A DNA stretch of 64,000 nucleotides from the human T2T-CHM13v2.0 reference genome, Homo sapiens, in NCBI RefSeq assembly GCF_009914755.1, contig NC_060934.1. One strand, 5' to 3'. Position numbers and translations under genes: made by a program. The number at the start of each line of letters is the position of its first letter. Position 1 is the stretch's first letter. The notes beneath the pieces are model-generated. The model was not told the origin of the DNA and did no database searches. It was given only the letters and a program-made list of their open reading frames with translations. This document shows, piece after piece, positions 61,200-64,000 of the stretch.

Positions 61200-61420
61200 C
61201 CATCTAACATCCTGGATTTCCAGCTGTGTGAATATGGGCAGTTACTTAGCTTCTCAAAGGAAGTTACTTAGCCTTTTTAGGCCTTCATTTCTTCATCTAT
61301 AAAATGGGACGTGAACGTACCTACTTAAGGATGTTGTTGTAAGAATTAAGTAAAAGAACAAAGGCAAAGCATTTAGCAGTGCCTGCAATAAAGTAAGTCC
61401 TCAGTAAGTGTTAACTGCTA
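61200..61420. mobile_element. MIR
   Basis: Core text gggcagttacttagc...cttcatttcttcatctataaaatggga...gttgttgtaagaattaa. Confidence 0.7.
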
Positions 61421-62252
61421 TGATCATAGAGAACTGTGATAGATAATACAAGAATATTAAAAAAATAATTAGCATGAAGTTTGGCTTTTATTAATTCATT
61501 ATAACACTTTCAGTACATTTACTTTCTCAATTTTATTAGACTTAGAATAATTTTAAAATTAGAATGCTTTCTGATGGAAAAAGAAAGTAGGGTGGTAGAG
61601 TGTGGTTAGTCTGAGATTAAGGAGGCATTCATATATTATCTATTCTGTGATAATAATGGTGATCAAAAGTTGATAGTCTTCTGATCAGCAAACATAACAC
61701 TGGAAATATCTTTTAAAAACTGCAGTCTGTACCAGAAAGTTTGAAAGTTATGTTCTTCAAAAGGTGCTCATTTCCATTTGGAAAAGTAAACAATAACCTG
61801 CACATCAAGTGATGTTAAGACATTACTATTTTTTTGGTGTGATAATGGTACTATGATTTTCATCAAGTATTCTGATCTTTTAGAGATACACATTAAGTAT
61901 TTACAAACAAAACGATACGATGTCAGGGATTATGCCAAAATAATATGCAGGAATATTCTATATAATATAGTGCAGGAATTTAGACATAATAAGCAGTCAG
62001 GAGTTGATAACTGCTCACGCTGGGTGATGAGTACATGGGGATTCATTACACTCTCCTGTCCATTGTTGAAAAGATGGCTCATGTAAAATAAATGGAGCTA
62101 GTGTGGATAAAGACAAATATCCCTATATATATATATATATATATCTTTTGCATTTGAAGAAAACACTATTAACCTAAAGCAAATGTAAATAAACAGAGAA
62201 AAAAACAAACATTCAAAAGAATACCCTCTTAGCCTGATCAAATCTAAAACAC

Positions 62253-63670
<1,418 letters not shown>

Positions 63671-64000
63671 AAAACCAGTGTTTTTCTATCCATCCTTTGA
63701 AATGCCTCTTCTGTAATTTCTGTTCTCATGGTCATATACTTAGACCAAGTTTCATCACTTGATGCCTGTCTTACTAAAACTCCTCCTCTGTTTATATTCT
63801 TGCTTATACTCTGTCACCCTCCCAATTTTCTCAGACACTGTCACTAGCTAAACTTTCCTAAAATGCTGCTCTTTCAGCAAATTGCTCTTCAGCTCAAAAA
63901 TCATCAATGACTACTGCTGGAGTATCAAATGAAAATTAATTGGCCTGATATACAGGTCTCCTTAGTACTGGCTCCAATTATTATTATTATACATATATTT

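Overview
This is human genomic DNA, very rich in Alu and L1 repeats. From the encoded proteins it is the CFAP70 (TTC18)–ANXA7 locus, known to lie on chr10q22. Both genes are on the minus strand. The left part (1-16.3 kb) holds the CFAP70 CpG-rich promoter, a non-coding exon 1 and coding exons 2-6; the gene continues off the left edge. The middle (16.4-32.9 kb) is almost all nested transposons: old L1M fragments, a 5'-inverted L1, Tigger3, a solo ERV1-type LTR and many Alus. The right part (32.9-64 kb) holds all 13 coding exons of ANXA7. These splice by hand to 1467 nt (488 aa plus stop), including the 66-nt cassette exon. ANXA7 also has two polyA signals and a 2.9-kb antisense L1PA with a 15-bp TSD; its non-coding exon 1 is not evident and probably lies beyond the right edge. 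A Y1-RNA pseudogene and a 33-nt tailless 5S rRNA retro-fragment are also present. I found no support for a new multi-gene system. The best leads are small: a QKI-type element next to the ANXA7 cassette exon, an L1-donated distal polyA signal, a CFAP70 uORF with a TCTCGCGAGA promoter motif, probable C2-like folds in CFAP70, the 5S insert, tight inverted-Alu clusters and two palindromic micro-rearrangements. Exon boundaries were checked base by base. Repeat boundaries and subfamily names are by eye and approximate.
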